Assembly (NCBI GenBank): GCA_041751875.1 | Contig: JBGSIC010000029.1 | Coordinates: forward strand, 2,598-66,597 | Direction: 5' to 3' | DNA length: 64,000 bases | Source: Bdellovibrionota bacterium | GTDB taxonomy: Bacteria > Bdellovibrionota > FAC87 > UBA2466 > JACKAF01 | Shown: positions 1-10,045 of the stretch, piece after piece | Position numbering within the stretch: the stretch's first letter is position 1 | How the letters are laid out: the number at the start of each line of letters is the position of its first letter | Position numbers and translations under genes: made by a program | The notes under the pieces: generated by a model | Seen by the model: the letters and a program-made list of their open reading frames with translations, nothing else | Databases searched by the model: none | Told to the model about the DNA's origin: nothing

Positions 1-302
1 TTCGGGCGGGCAGGCTTGCCGGGAAACAGGTCGAATCCTTCCAGTTTAAAAACGTCATTACCCGTTCCGTGGGATACGAAGACGCTGTTGCGGTGGATGT
101 TTACCGACGCAAAGTTCAGGTCGGCGACACTTTCCTTCTTTGTACGGATGGTCTTTCCGGTTTGGTTTCAGCCGAAGAAATGGCCCAAGAAGTTCTCAAC
201 CATGGGTCGCAGGTAGGCCTTAAAAAGCTGATATCCATGGCAAATGCCCGCGGCGGAGAAGACAATATCACCGCAGTGGTGGTCCAAGTCGTATCAAAGT
301 GA
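1..302 (+). CDS. PP2C-family Ser/Thr protein phosphatase, C-terminal fragment (gene begins upstream of the window)
   Basis: The translation ends ...LLCTDGLSGLVSAEEMAQEV...ARGGEDNITAVVVQV, the typical PPM/PP2C C-terminal motif (DG-L, GG-DNIT). The ORF is open to the window edge. Confidence 0.6.
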   Translation, partial: RAGRLAGKQVESFQFKNVITRSVGYEDAVAVDVYRRKVQVGDTFLLCTDGLSGLVSAEEMAQEVLNHGSQVGLKKLISMANARGGEDNITAVVVQVVSK

Positions 303-362
303 GGCGGCATGCAAGCCCCTGGGGGGCACCCCTGACTTGTCTTAAACCCGCCTATCGCCTAT

Positions 363-1412
363 ATGAAATACGCTGTGAAAAATTTTGAATTAAAGAGACC
401 ACCGCGACCGAGTTGGTTGCGCGAGCGTTTTGTGACGCTCATGGTGATTCCCGAGCGCACGCGCCAGGTGCACAAAGTCGTGGTGCCTTTTTTCGTGGTG
501 AAGCTTGGGGTGGTACTCGCCTCGCTCACTGCTCTTTTTATTGGTTTCGTGGGAATCGACTATCTTCGAGTTCTTGGCCAAAGCGCTGAAAACAAGAGAC
601 TCAAAGGACAGAACTTTAAGCTTCGCCAAGAAATCCAACTGATTCGCAACAAAGTCGATTCGATGGAATTTAGTCTGGAACGCGTCCGCAATTACGCCAA
701 AAAACTCCAGATGCTTACGGGGCAGGGGGAAACGCAAGTTCGCAAAGGGGGTAAAACTCCTGTAGCGGCACCTATTTTTGACGATGTTCCGATGGATTCC
801 ACGCGCGTACCCGCCAGTTCAGGATCGGGTGACGGCGAAACAGACGCCGATGACTTGCACTCCAAACTGGAATTGCCCAAACAAGAACCGGTGATTGAAA
901 GTCCGGGGCTACTTAATCAACGCATTGAACGTGTGCGGCTGATGACAGTCGACGCGGAATCGCATCTGTCAGAACTCCAGGACTATTTATTCTCGCGACG
1001 ATCGCTTGCGATGGCGACGCCTTCGCTACTCCCGATTCCCGGTCGCATTTCTTCCAGCTTTGGTTACCGTTCGCACCCTGTGCATGGCAGTACCCGCTTA
1101 CACCGCGGCGTGGATTTGGTGGCGGAACCCGGTACACCTGTTCGGGCGCCTGCGCCGGGAACAATCATTTTTTCAGGCACGCAGCACGGCTACGGGAAAG
1201 TGGTAGTAATCGATCACGGCTTTGGAATTCGCACGCTTTTCGCGCATAACTCCAAGCTTTTCGTGGAACGCGGCCTGAAAGTCGAGCGCGGGCAAATCAT
1301 CTCCCAGGTAGGAAATACCGGCCATTCCACAGGCCCCCATCTGCATTACGAAGTCCGGAAAAACGGCGTTGCGGTCAATCCTGTGCCCTTTTTCTCCGCC
1401 GCCAGCTACTAA
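363..1412 (+). CDS. M23-family (LytM-domain) murein endopeptidase with N-terminal TM anchor and coiled coil (EnvC/NlpD-like)
   Basis: The C-terminal region carries the M23 motifs HRGVDL, DHG and HLHYEV. There is an N-terminal hydrophobic segment and a heptad-like coiled-coil region. Confidence 0.8.
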   Translation: MKYAVKNFELKRPPRPSWLRERFVTLMVIPERTRQVHKVVVPFFVVKLGVVLASLTALFIGFVGIDYLRVLGQSAENKRLKGQNFKLRQEIQLIRNKVDSMEFSLERVRNYAKKLQMLTGQGETQVRKGGKTPVAAPIFDDVPMDSTRVPASSGSGDGETDADDLHSKLELPKQEPVIESPGLLNQRIERVRLMTVDAESHLSELQDYLFSRRSLAMATPSLLPIPGRISSSFGYRSHPVHGSTRLHRGVDLVAEPGTPVRAPAPGTIIFSGTQHGYGKVVVIDHGFGIRTLFAHNSKLFVERGLKVERGQIISQVGNTGHSTGPHLHYEVRKNGVAVNPVPFFSAASY

Positions 1413-1490
1413 ATAATCCAATATATTCAATGCATTACATCCAGCGTGCATCGACATATTTGGGGGCCTCGTGCGTGCTAACATTCCCCT

Positions 1491-2729
1491 ATGGCTTTTA
1501 TTGTACGTTATTCGACAAGCCTGACTTTCCTCCTGTTGATTCTCCTTCTTAATGCTTGTTCCAATGCCCAGCTTGATTGGTCTATGCCGAGCGGCCCCCT
1601 TACAGTGGTGGAATCTCCCATCCTCCCTGAGCACATTTTCACCATTACGTCTTCGACCGCGGTGGTGGAATTGGTTTGGGACGAAGTTCATGCGGATGAG
1701 ACTGCTTCATTTAATCTGAGCTCTTTGAGTGATGGAGCTGGTTTTTTCAGTGCTTTCATTGGCGGGAGTTCCGTGCAATTTGGGGGCGTTTCAGAATTGA
1801 GAAGCTTCGCACTCAATGAAAACTTTCATTCCGACTTTTTTAGCGGAAGCCTCGACTCGGCTCAGCTCCTGCTTATTGATTTGCAAGTTCGCACTAGAGA
1901 CGATCCGATTGCTACCGGTTCGTTTCTCCTTAACTTTGAGGCAACGGAAACTTTGGAACCTTGTGAGGGTTCAAAAGTGAGGCGCGTGAGACTGATCTTT
2001 CCCACTAACTTTTACCCATTAATCGAAGAAAGCTACCAAACATGGTCGAGCTTACCGCCGGACCAAAAAATGAATACTTATCATACTTGGCTCCCGACAG
2101 CTCCCCAAGCGCCAGCGCTGCGGGATCTTAGGGGCTCCATTACCCAAGAGTGTAAACCGGTCGCGGTGGTTAAACCTGCCATTCCCCCTGAGCACGTCTT
2201 CACCCTTTCCACTTCCAATGTTCTGGCAGACATTATTTGGGACGAAGGGCAAGCATGGGACCTTGCGACCCTTATATTGAATTCCGCAGCTTATGGGACT
2301 CGGGAGTCAAAAACGCTTACAAATATCGGTTCGGGATATGCAAGGTTTGGAGATGTAGGGGATGCGCATTCGAGGCAGCTTGATCTCGGCATTGAGCCGC
2401 AGTTTTTCTCCGGAGTGTTAGAGGCGGCTCGGATAGAGTTTATCAATCTACGATGGGACAGCGTTGGCGACTTTAGCTCGGGTACTTTTTTCGTTAATTT
2501 CGAGGCCCCCCATCCGTTGCAACCCTGCCAGGATACAGAAGTTAGGCGGGTGAGACTGACGTTTCCGCCTGATTATTCCAAGGAGCTCCTAGCCCTCCAT
2601 CAGGATTGGGACAGCTCGGGTCGGTCCCGGGATTCCTTCCACGATTGGCTATTTTTCGAAGCTCCTTCCGAGGCGCAGAAGTTTCGGGACCTAAAAGGCA
2701 CCCTGTCTCAAGAATGTATCGTGCGCTAG
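1491..2729 (+). CDS. Lipoprotein of unknown function made of two tandem homologous ~200-aa domains
   Basis: Signal peptide with lipobox LLNAC|S. The two halves align: [20 protein letters not shown] with [39 protein letters not shown] with [19 protein letters not shown], and [14 protein letters not shown] with [14 protein letters not shown]. Confidence 0.6.
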   Translation: MAFIVRYSTSLTFLLLILLLNACSNAQLDWSMPSGPLTVVESPILPEHIFTITSSTAVVELVWDEVHADETASFNLSSLSDGAGFFSAFIGGSSVQFGGVSELRSFALNENFHSDFFSGSLDSAQLLLIDLQVRTRDDPIATGSFLLNFEATETLEPCEGSKVRRVRLIFPTNFYPLIEESYQTWSSLPPDQKMNTYHTWLPTAPQAPALRDLRGSITQECKPVAVVKPAIPPEHVFTLSTSNVLADIIWDEGQAWDLATLILNSAAYGTRESKTLTNIGSGYARFGDVGDAHSRQLDLGIEPQFFSGVLEAARIEFINLRWDSVGDFSSGTFFVNFEAPHPLQPCQDTEVRRVRLTFPPDYSKELLALHQDWDSSGRSRDSFHDWLFFEAPSEAQKFRDLKGTLSQECIVR

Positions 2730-3379
2730 GTTGCGGGGCGCGCGACCTTATTCCAGTCGTCTAAAAACTTCTTCAGTCCAATGTCAGTTAAGGGATGCTT
2801 GGTCATCTGCGCGATGACTTTAAGCGGAGCGGTCACGACCCCCGCGCCCAGTTTGGCGGCTTGGAGAATATGCACCGGGTGGCGCACGCTTGCGACCAAG
2901 ACTTCAGTTTTAAATTTGTAGGCGTTAAAAATTTGCACGACATCGGCGATAAGCTGCATGCCGTCCTGGCCTAAATCATCGAGTCTTCCGATAAAGGGGC
3001 TGACATAAGCGGCGCCGGCTTTGGCGGCCAAAAGCGCCTGAAGAGGCTGAAAAATCAGAGTCGTATTAACCGGAATCCCTTCGTCCGAAAGGGCCTTGAT
3101 GGCTTTCAGGCCATCGGGCGTCATGGGAATTTTCACTACGACATTGTTCCCATACTTGCGAAGGGCTTTGCCCTCGGCGATCATTTCTTTCCATTCGAGA
3201 CTGACCACTTCTAGGCTGACCGGGCCATCCACAATTTCACAAATGGAGCGGGCCACTTCTTCGAAGGGCTTTCCCGTCTGGGCGACCAAGGAAGGATTCG
3301 TGGTCACCCCGTCGAGGACCCCCATCTCCTTGGCTTCCCGAATCTCGTCAATATTTCCAGAGTCGATAAAGAATTTCAT
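2726..3379 (-). CDS. tal: Transaldolase / fructose-6-phosphate aldolase (short TalC/Fsa type)
   Basis: 217 aa with N-terminus [31 protein letters not shown], as in short transaldolases. Schiff-base Lys region VVVKIPMT. Confidence 0.85.
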   Translation of the reverse strand: MKFFIDSGNIDEIREAKEMGVLDGVTTNPSLVAQTGKPFEEVARSICEIVDGPVSLEVVSLEWKEMIAEGKALRKYGNNVVVKIPMTPDGLKAIKALSDEGIPVNTTLIFQPLQALLAAKAGAAYVSPFIGRLDDLGQDGMQLIADVVQIFNAYKFKTEVLVASVRHPVHILQAAKLGAGVVTAPLKVIAQMTKHPLTDIGLKKFLDDWNKVARPAT

Positions 3380-3629
3380 GCCCTTTTACTAGCTCATCTC
3401 GCGCTGGTCGTCTACGGCGTACCCAATCTTGACAAGGTTTGCCGAGGGTTCCTAGAATGATGCGGCACTAAATATCTTCATGGGTGCCTTTGGGTAATCC
3501 GAATTTTTATTGTGACGGAAGGGCCGTCGGCGCAGTCTCAAAGAGACGGACTGCGGTATCGGGAGTGCGCAGAGGGGTGCTCAAGCGTTTACTTTCCCCG
3601 CGTATCTCTAGCTATCGGGAGTTCTGGGC

Positions 3630-4550
3630 ATGATACAAGTACAAGACCTAACCAAATATTACGGGGACCGGCCTGCAGTGGACGGCATCTCCTTTCATAT
3701 CGAGAAGGGGGAGATTCTCGGGTTTCTGGGCCAGAACGGTGCTGGCAAGACCACCACGATGAAGATTCTCACCTGCTTTATGCCCGCCACATCGGGAACG
3801 GTGAAAATTGCGGGATTTGATGTTTTTGAAAATCCCTACGAAATCAAAAAACGCATTGGCTATCTGCCGGAAAACCCGCCGCTTTACCAAGAGCTTCTGG
3901 TTTCCGAATATCTTTCGTTTGTTGCAGACTTACGCCTCGTTCCTAAGGCGGAAAAGAAAAAGAAGATAGATGCCGTGATTGAACGTCTCAATCTCGGAGA
4001 AGTGCGCAATCGCCTTATCGGCAACCTCTCAAAAGGGTTTCGCCAACGTGTGGGGCTTGCGCAAGCGCTCGTGCACGACCCACAAGTCTTGGTGATGGAT
4101 GAGCCTACGATTGGGCTCGACCCCAAACAGGTGAGTGAAGCGCGCGAACTGATTCGTTCCATGCGCAACGAACGCACGGTAATCTACAGCACCCATATTT
4201 TATCGGAAGTCGCGGCCACCTGTGATCGCATCATCATTATTGATCGGGGAAAAATTCGTGCGCAGGAGTCTTTGAAGGATTTGGGCGGAAATTCGACTCG
4301 CACCGAAATCGTGGTGCAACAGCTCAATGACGGAGTCGTGAGTGCCCTGCAAAAGGTTGCCGGGGTGAAAACCGTAAAAGCGTCTTCAAACGGGGTACAA
4401 AAACTTCTCATCGAATCCGAATCACGCGAGGACATTATGGCAGAACTTGCCCGTACGGTGGTTGGCCAAAACGTGGGACTGCTTCGCATGTCACCGGTGC
4501 AGTTACCACTGGAAGATTTCTATCTGAATTTGATCGGAGGCAAGGGGTAA
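3630..4550 (+). CDS. gldA: ABC transporter ATP-binding protein (GldA-like, ABC-2 type)
   Basis: Walker A GQNGAGKTT, ABC signature LSKGFRQRV and Walker B LVMDEP. First gene of an ATPase, ABC-2 permease, GldG-like triplet. Confidence 0.75.
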   Translation: MIQVQDLTKYYGDRPAVDGISFHIEKGEILGFLGQNGAGKTTTMKILTCFMPATSGTVKIAGFDVFENPYEIKKRIGYLPENPPLYQELLVSEYLSFVADLRLVPKAEKKKKIDAVIERLNLGEVRNRLIGNLSKGFRQRVGLAQALVHDPQVLVMDEPTIGLDPKQVSEARELIRSMRNERTVIYSTHILSEVAATCDRIIIIDRGKIRAQESLKDLGGNSTRTEIVVQQLNDGVVSALQKVAGVKTVKASSNGVQKLLIESESREDIMAELARTVVGQNVGLLRMSPVQLPLEDFYLNLIGGKG

Positions 4551-4551
4551 T

Positions 4552-5325
4552 ATGAGAGGCCTATTAGCGATCGTAAAAAAAGAACTCAAAAGTTATTTCT
4601 ACTCGCCCGTAGCGTATGTGCTTCTGGCGATATTTCTTTTTATTATGGGTCTGATTTTCTCGAAGTTTGTGGGAATTTATCAGAGCTATAAGATGGCAAA
4701 CCAGTTCGGAGCAGCCCAGGATATTACTCTCGATAAGCTCGCTCTTTTTCTCTACCAGAACATGGCGTTCATGCTTTGTTTTATCACGCCGTTTATTACC
4801 ATGCGTTTGTTTGCGGAAGAGCGGCGTCAAAACACTTTTGAGCTCCTTTTGACTGCTCCTATCAGCAGTTTTCAGCTCGTGCTCGGGAAGTTTATCTCAG
4901 CGTATATTGTGATCGGCATTATGGTGCTTGCGTCCTTTGCGTACGCGTTTTTCATGATTCTTTGGGGTAATCCGGATGTTTACATTATCCTCTCCACTTA
5001 TTTGGGACTGCTTCTTGCGATGGGTTGTTACATCGCGCTTGGGGCGTTGATTTCCTCCTTCACAAGTAACCAGCTCATCGCCGCTGCCATTACCTTTATC
5101 GCTCTAATTTTCTTGTGGCTGCTTCAGAGCTTCGCGCAGGGAATCAACTTTAAGTTGGGTTGGCTGGAGCTCGGACCAGCTCTTGTGTATGTATCACCTT
5201 TAACCCATTTGAACAGTTTTCATGAAGGCGTGATTCATATCAAGCACGTGGTTTACTTCTTGAGTTCAATCGCGCTCATGCTCTTTTTCACAAACCGTGT
5301 GATCGAAAGTAATCGCTGGAGATAA
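4552..5325 (+). CDS. gldF: ABC-2 family permease (GldF-like)
   Basis: About six predicted TM helices, 257 aa. It starts 2 nt after the ATPase stop. Confidence 0.65.
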   Translation: MRGLLAIVKKELKSYFYSPVAYVLLAIFLFIMGLIFSKFVGIYQSYKMANQFGAAQDITLDKLALFLYQNMAFMLCFITPFITMRLFAEERRQNTFELLLTAPISSFQLVLGKFISAYIVIGIMVLASFAYAFFMILWGNPDVYIILSTYLGLLLAMGCYIALGALISSFTSNQLIAAAITFIALIFLWLLQSFAQGINFKLGWLELGPALVYVSPLTHLNSFHEGVIHIKHVVYFLSSIALMLFFTNRVIESNRWR

Positions 5326-5327
5326 GA

Positions 5328-6923
5328 ATGGATAAGAAAAACATGACTTCCCTCGCTGGTTACCTCGGTGTCGGGGCTCTTTTGCTCTCTGGCTTAGCCG
5401 CCTATTTGGTTCCTCATCTTGCGCTCATCTGGCAAATTGCTCTTGGTGTGGCGTTGGTTTCGCTTATCGCATTCATCGTTTTGGATCGAAAAAGTTTTCA
5501 GACCTCGCTTTCTCGCAAGACCACTCGGTACGGCATCAACGCTATCGTGATGAGCGTGATCATGCTTTTTATTGTCATTTTCATCAACGTGATCGCTAAC
5601 GAGTACGATCTTAAAAAAGATGTAACAAAAAACAAATTAAACACGCTTTCGGATGAAACCTTGAAGGTCCTTAAGGGGCTAGATTCCGAAATTACGGTTA
5701 AGGCATTCCTGCAGCCCACTCAGATTCCGATGTTCGATAGGATTTTCGAAAAGTACTCCTATCACACCGACAAACTGAAAAAAGAATATGTGGATCTCGA
5801 CAAAGATCCTCTCGCGGTAACCCGTTACAAAGTTAAGAGCGCGGGCACGTTGGTATTTGAGAGCCCCACGCGTTCCGCTCGCGTCGAAAATCTTCAGGGT
5901 GCGGATGACCCGAAGATGGAAGAAAAGGTCACCAACGCCATTGTGCAAGTAGCGAAAGGCGACAAGAAGAAAGTTTATTTTCTCAAGGGACATGGAGAGC
6001 GTTCGATCTCAGATACCGGTCGCGATGGTTACTCACAGATGAGAGAAACGTTGGAAAGCGGCCGTTATAAGGTGGAAGAATTGATGCTTCTGGATAAGGA
6101 TCAAATCCCTTCCGATGCGGATATGCTGATTATCGCGGGTCCGAAATCGGATTTCACCAAACATGAAACCGATTTACTCGAGAAATTTTTCCAGGCGGGG
6201 GGAAAAGGCATTGTGATGCTCGATCCGACTTCGACGCCCACGGTGGGAAGTTTACTCAAAACCCTCGGTACAACCTGGTCCCCCAATAGCACTATTTACG
6301 AGACTAATAAGTTGCAGCAATTAGCAGGGGGTAATCCACTTGCGCCGATTATCACTTCCTATGATCCCCGACACGAGATTACCAAGGAGAACCGCGAGCT
6401 AAGCATTTTCCCCGTCGCAAGCCCTGTAGAAAAAGCGGAAAAGGGACCAGATAATCTCCGTGTGCAGTCCTTGTTTAAGACCAGCGATCGCAGTTTGGTC
6501 GCAAACCTTAAGGGCAACCGCCTAGATGTGAATGAGAAAACCTCACGACGCGGCCCGATCTCTATCGCCGTAGCGGTTACAGGGACAGCCGGGAAGGATC
6601 CCGCTGTTGCCGATAACACGATCGCAAAAGAAGAACCTGCGGCTAAGAAAAAAGAAACGCGTGTCGTGGTAGTCGGGGACTCGGATTTCCCGGCCAATGG
6701 AGTGAGCCGTTTCGGCATCAACTCAGATATTTTTCAGAATATGCTGAGCTGGGTGGCACATGAAGAAGATTTGATTTCCGTTCGCCCGAAAGACACCAGC
6801 GTGAGTGAACTGGAAATCACCGATGCCCGTTTGCGGGTCATTCACGTGGCCTCCGTGTTTCTGCTGCCGATTCTGGCAGTTGTTGCCGCCATCGGTATCT
6901 CAATTAGCCGGCGACGCAAGTAG
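5328..6923 (+). CDS. gldG: GldG-like ABC-transport auxiliary protein
   Basis: 531 aa with an N-terminal TM segment and a C-terminal TM anchor (LLPILAVVAAIGISISRRRK) around a large periplasmic domain. Third gene of the triplet. Confidence 0.6.
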   Translation: MDKKNMTSLAGYLGVGALLLSGLAAYLVPHLALIWQIALGVALVSLIAFIVLDRKSFQTSLSRKTTRYGINAIVMSVIMLFIVIFINVIANEYDLKKDVTKNKLNTLSDETLKVLKGLDSEITVKAFLQPTQIPMFDRIFEKYSYHTDKLKKEYVDLDKDPLAVTRYKVKSAGTLVFESPTRSARVENLQGADDPKMEEKVTNAIVQVAKGDKKKVYFLKGHGERSISDTGRDGYSQMRETLESGRYKVEELMLLDKDQIPSDADMLIIAGPKSDFTKHETDLLEKFFQAGGKGIVMLDPTSTPTVGSLLKTLGTTWSPNSTIYETNKLQQLAGGNPLAPIITSYDPRHEITKENRELSIFPVASPVEKAEKGPDNLRVQSLFKTSDRSLVANLKGNRLDVNEKTSRRGPISIAVAVTGTAGKDPAVADNTIAKEEPAAKKKETRVVVVGDSDFPANGVSRFGINSDIFQNMLSWVAHEEDLISVRPKDTSVSELEITDARLRVIHVASVFLLPILAVVAAIGISISRRRK

Positions 6924-7056
6924 AGCGGCTTAGGCACTTGTCCAAAGACTTAGGCGGGACAAGGCGTTCCGCGTGGCTTAGCGCATTATTTATTCCTTGC
7001 CCTTTTCTTAGAAACCCCCCTATCTAATGGGTAGGTAACTACGCAAAGGGGTAAAT

Positions 7057-8697
7057 ATGTTTCAGGCGTCCTCGGTCTTGAAAGCTTTTCTCGTGGCAAT
7101 TTTCTTGCTGGGAGGAAGCAGTGTTTGGGCCCAGAACGAAAATGAAACGGAATTTGCCTTACTCCCCGTTTACAAAAAGCTGATTGAAAGCGGAAGCACT
7201 GCCGAAAAAATAGGCGCTCTCAAGGCGCTTGAAAAAGCGGAAGTGGACTCTCCAGAAGTACTCGACATGGTCGCCATTGCTTTGGAATCCACCCAAGATG
7301 ACGAAGTAAAGCTAGCTGCTTTCGCGGCGCTTTCTCAAATTCTTTTTGCCGATCACATTGATTATCCTAAGCTCGCAGAGCGCATTGTTCCTCTTCTTGC
7401 GCACCAGGATCCGACGTTTGCCGAGAAGGCGGCCCACGCCTTGTACAGTGTGGGTTATCGCCATGACTTTTCAGAAGAAGAACTGGATTTTTTTGTTGGG
7501 GTGCTCCAATCAAAGGATCTAAAAACGATTTCAACGCTGCTCTGGACGGTCCAGGCGCTTAACCAAAAAGACCTCAAAGTACTCACTCCGGCTCTCATCG
7601 AGTTGATCTCGCACGAGAACGATTCTCTGCGGGAGGATGTGGCCTATGCGATTGAAGAGTCGAAGACCTTTGACCCCGATTTTGTTTCTCCTCTCTGCAT
7701 TCAGCTGGACAAGGAAGAACACGCGGCAGCAGCGCTAAAGCAGATAGCGGCGCTTGCAAACTTTAAGTACACAGATCAAACAGGAGAAAGTTTTCTGAAG
7801 GTTCTAAAATCACAGGACGCACAAGTTCGCAGTTTCGGGGCGATGACTTTAGGAAGATTTGGAAAAGGGGCCACGCCCCTCGTGCCGCGTCTCATTGAAC
7901 GCGTCAATGGGCTCGGCGAAGACCGGGCGGCGGCGGCAGTTTCTTTACTGCTGCTGCGAACGGTGGTGGGTAAGAACGATCCCTTGCCCGCTCTTAAAAA
8001 AGCCTATGTCGTAGAAGCCACGGGTTTTAAGAAAACATTCGCAGTGGTGATTCTGGCGTTTGCCAATTCTAAAGACCCCAAGGAAACAGAACTCCTTGAG
8101 AGTGCAGTTAACTATCTTAGCGGAGAAATAAAACGCACTTATAAGCGGGAAGAGGCGCAATCTCTCCGTAGTCTTATCGAACTCATTTCCTTCTCGGGTG
8201 CGCCGGCCTTGCTTTTAAAAGACGAGCTTCTGCAAGCCGGCGAAAGCTTACCTCCCGATGTGAGTCCCTATTACCCGCGTATGGCGATAGAGACCACTGT
8301 AGCGGAGTGGCTGCTTTTGCAAGGCCCGGAGCTCAAGGGCAAGGAGTTGCCTCTGTTCGTGGAATATGTTTCCTCACTTAGTTTAGACGACGAAATGAGC
8401 AGAATGGTGCTTCCCAGCCACGCCTTTGACGGAGCAGCCGAGTCCGTCCGGTTGTATCCGCATCTTTTTAACTACGAACTAGAAGCCTACACGGACGCAT
8501 TTTTTAGGGTCATTGAAGATCCCTCTGCCCCTGAAGATGTGCGACTATTTGCCTTAAATCTCTTTCAGAGCCTGGCGGTATCAGAATCGCACGCCGTTAT
8601 TCCGTACTTAGCCCGGTTAGAAGTGCTCAAGCAAAGTGCGTCCGAAGAGGTGGGGAAGGCGATAGATCAGATTCTAGAAAGCGCGAAACGTAACTAA
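7057..8697 (+). CDS. Secreted HEAT/ARM-repeat protein, function unknown
   Basis: Signal peptide followed by repeated alpha-helical HEAT-like units (ALKALEKAE...EVKLAAFAALSQI etc.). Confidence 0.5.
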   Translation: MFQASSVLKAFLVAIFLLGGSSVWAQNENETEFALLPVYKKLIESGSTAEKIGALKALEKAEVDSPEVLDMVAIALESTQDDEVKLAAFAALSQILFADHIDYPKLAERIVPLLAHQDPTFAEKAAHALYSVGYRHDFSEEELDFFVGVLQSKDLKTISTLLWTVQALNQKDLKVLTPALIELISHENDSLREDVAYAIEESKTFDPDFVSPLCIQLDKEEHAAAALKQIAALANFKYTDQTGESFLKVLKSQDAQVRSFGAMTLGRFGKGATPLVPRLIERVNGLGEDRAAAAVSLLLLRTVVGKNDPLPALKKAYVVEATGFKKTFAVVILAFANSKDPKETELLESAVNYLSGEIKRTYKREEAQSLRSLIELISFSGAPALLLKDELLQAGESLPPDVSPYYPRMAIETTVAEWLLLQGPELKGKELPLFVEYVSSLSLDDEMSRMVLPSHAFDGAAESVRLYPHLFNYELEAYTDAFFRVIEDPSAPEDVRLFALNLFQSLAVSESHAVIPYLARLEVLKQSASEEVGKAIDQILESAKRN

Positions 8698-8700
8698 ACT

Positions 8701-9363
8701 TTAAGCTCTGAAATGATCATCGGCGTAGTAAGTGGGTTGCGCGCGGATCCAATCTTCAATTTGAGGCAAAGATTTTCTGGTTTGGGATTGAAGCAAGTAA
8801 GTTCCTAGATCCGCCGCCTGTAGTGCATACAAATTCGGCGAAGGGTTACCTTCATCGCGAATGAGCAGCGTTTCCTTTTCCACGCTTTCCAGCCGATCAT
8901 TTTCTACCATCAAATCTTTTTGAAAGAGCACACGTTCGGTCTCGCACGCAAAAAGAGAAACCACGCCTTTTCGCGGCGTCATGCGCGTGAGCACACCGAT
9001 CTGCTTGGGGCCCTTAAACTCAGGCTGCTTTTTAATCCAGCCCCAAACACGGGGTTCGGCGCTGTGAACTGTTTCGATGGTGGCGTTCCAGGCCATGGCG
9101 AGCGCTTTAGCGGAGGAAAAACCGACGCGCAGACCAGTAAAGGAGCCTGGACCGTCGCTTACGATCACGCGTGATACCCGGGAAATCCCGGCTTCCCCCA
9201 TCAGGCGTCCGGCTGCGGGAATAAGTTCGCTCGCGTGCCGCGACCCGGACGAAAATAGAACCGAACCCAGGACCACGGGCTGTGCTCCGCTTTCAAAGCG
9301 ATGAAGCGCCACGCTGCCAGGGCTTTGGGCGACCGCAAAACTCAGCCAGTACTCAGATTCCAT
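8701..9363 (-). CDS. tsaB: tRNA threonylcarbamoyladenosine biosynthesis protein TsaB (YeaZ)
   Basis: GPGSFTGLRVG motif, about 220 aa, N-terminal ...VALHRF... pattern of inactive Kae1/YgjD paralogues. Confidence 0.8.
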   Translation of the reverse strand: MESEYWLSFAVAQSPGSVALHRFESGAQPVVLGSVLFSSGSRHASELIPAAGRLMGEAGISRVSRVIVSDGPGSFTGLRVGFSSAKALAMAWNATIETVHSAEPRVWGWIKKQPEFKGPKQIGVLTRMTPRKGVVSLFACETERVLFQKDLMVENDRLESVEKETLLIRDEGNPSPNLYALQAADLGTYLLQSQTRKSLPQIEDWIRAQPTYYADDHFRA

Positions 9364-9744
9364 GACCTGGGTGTTAGCATTCTTGCCTAAAATAGGGGAA
9401 AAAAAGAGACGAAAAAGTAGGGCGGCAGAAAAGAACGTTGGCCAAGCGAGGGGTAGTGCTTGGCCGGGTATCTGGTTTCGGGGGTTGTCCTTTTTTTAAG
9501 ACGAAAGTTAGGGGAACTTCCGCCACTCTGCCGCCCCCGTGTAGAAACTCCGAGCCTCGTAAGAGGCTTCCCTCAAGACATTCTTATTATAACGCGGCGA
9601 ATCAGGGGGCCGCAATACACAGCTTGTATACACCCAGAGGTCCTTTTTTTGTGTTATATTAAAGCGTTACGCGTTGACTGGCGCGTAGCCGGCCCCCTTT
9701 TTGACAGCTGGGGGGCGCGTTGGCCAAACGCGGGCGAATCCACT

Positions 9745-10029
9745 ATGCTGGCGCCGGGAAACGAACCGGTGGTGCCGATGCAATGTGAAATTCGCGTTTT
9801 GAAGGGTAAACAGTGGCACCGTTTTCAGGTGACTCGCGGGGTAACATTGCGAGAAGCGCTTCTGGATCAGGGACTTTCCCCGTATCAGGGACGCTTTCGC
9901 AAATTGAACTGTCGCGGGTTGGGTGTTTGCGGAAGCTGCAAGGTTTATCAAAAAGAAAATGGCCAATATTGGGAACGTCGGGCCTGTCAGCTGAAGTGTT
10001 TTGCCCCGATCGAAGTGAAATTGCCATGA
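9745..10029 (+). CDS. Small [2Fe-2S] ferredoxin-like protein
   Basis: C-x4-C-x2-C motif (CRGLGVCGSC) plus distal Cys residues. The annotated ORF start at 9460 is probably too far upstream; I chose the internal ATG at 9745. Confidence 0.45.
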   Translation: MLAPGNEPVVPMQCEIRVLKGKQWHRFQVTRGVTLREALLDQGLSPYQGRFRKLNCRGLGVCGSCKVYQKENGQYWERRACQLKCFAPIEVKLP

Positions 10030-10045
10030 AAGAGAGCGCACCACG

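Noticed and set aside
9460-9744. Upstream extension of the ferredoxin-like ORF (track start at 9460)
   Set aside because: The N-terminal 95 aa are Arg/Pro-rich with no similarity to anything. The ferredoxin-like domain begins at the internal ATG at 9745, so the 5' part is probably non-coding.
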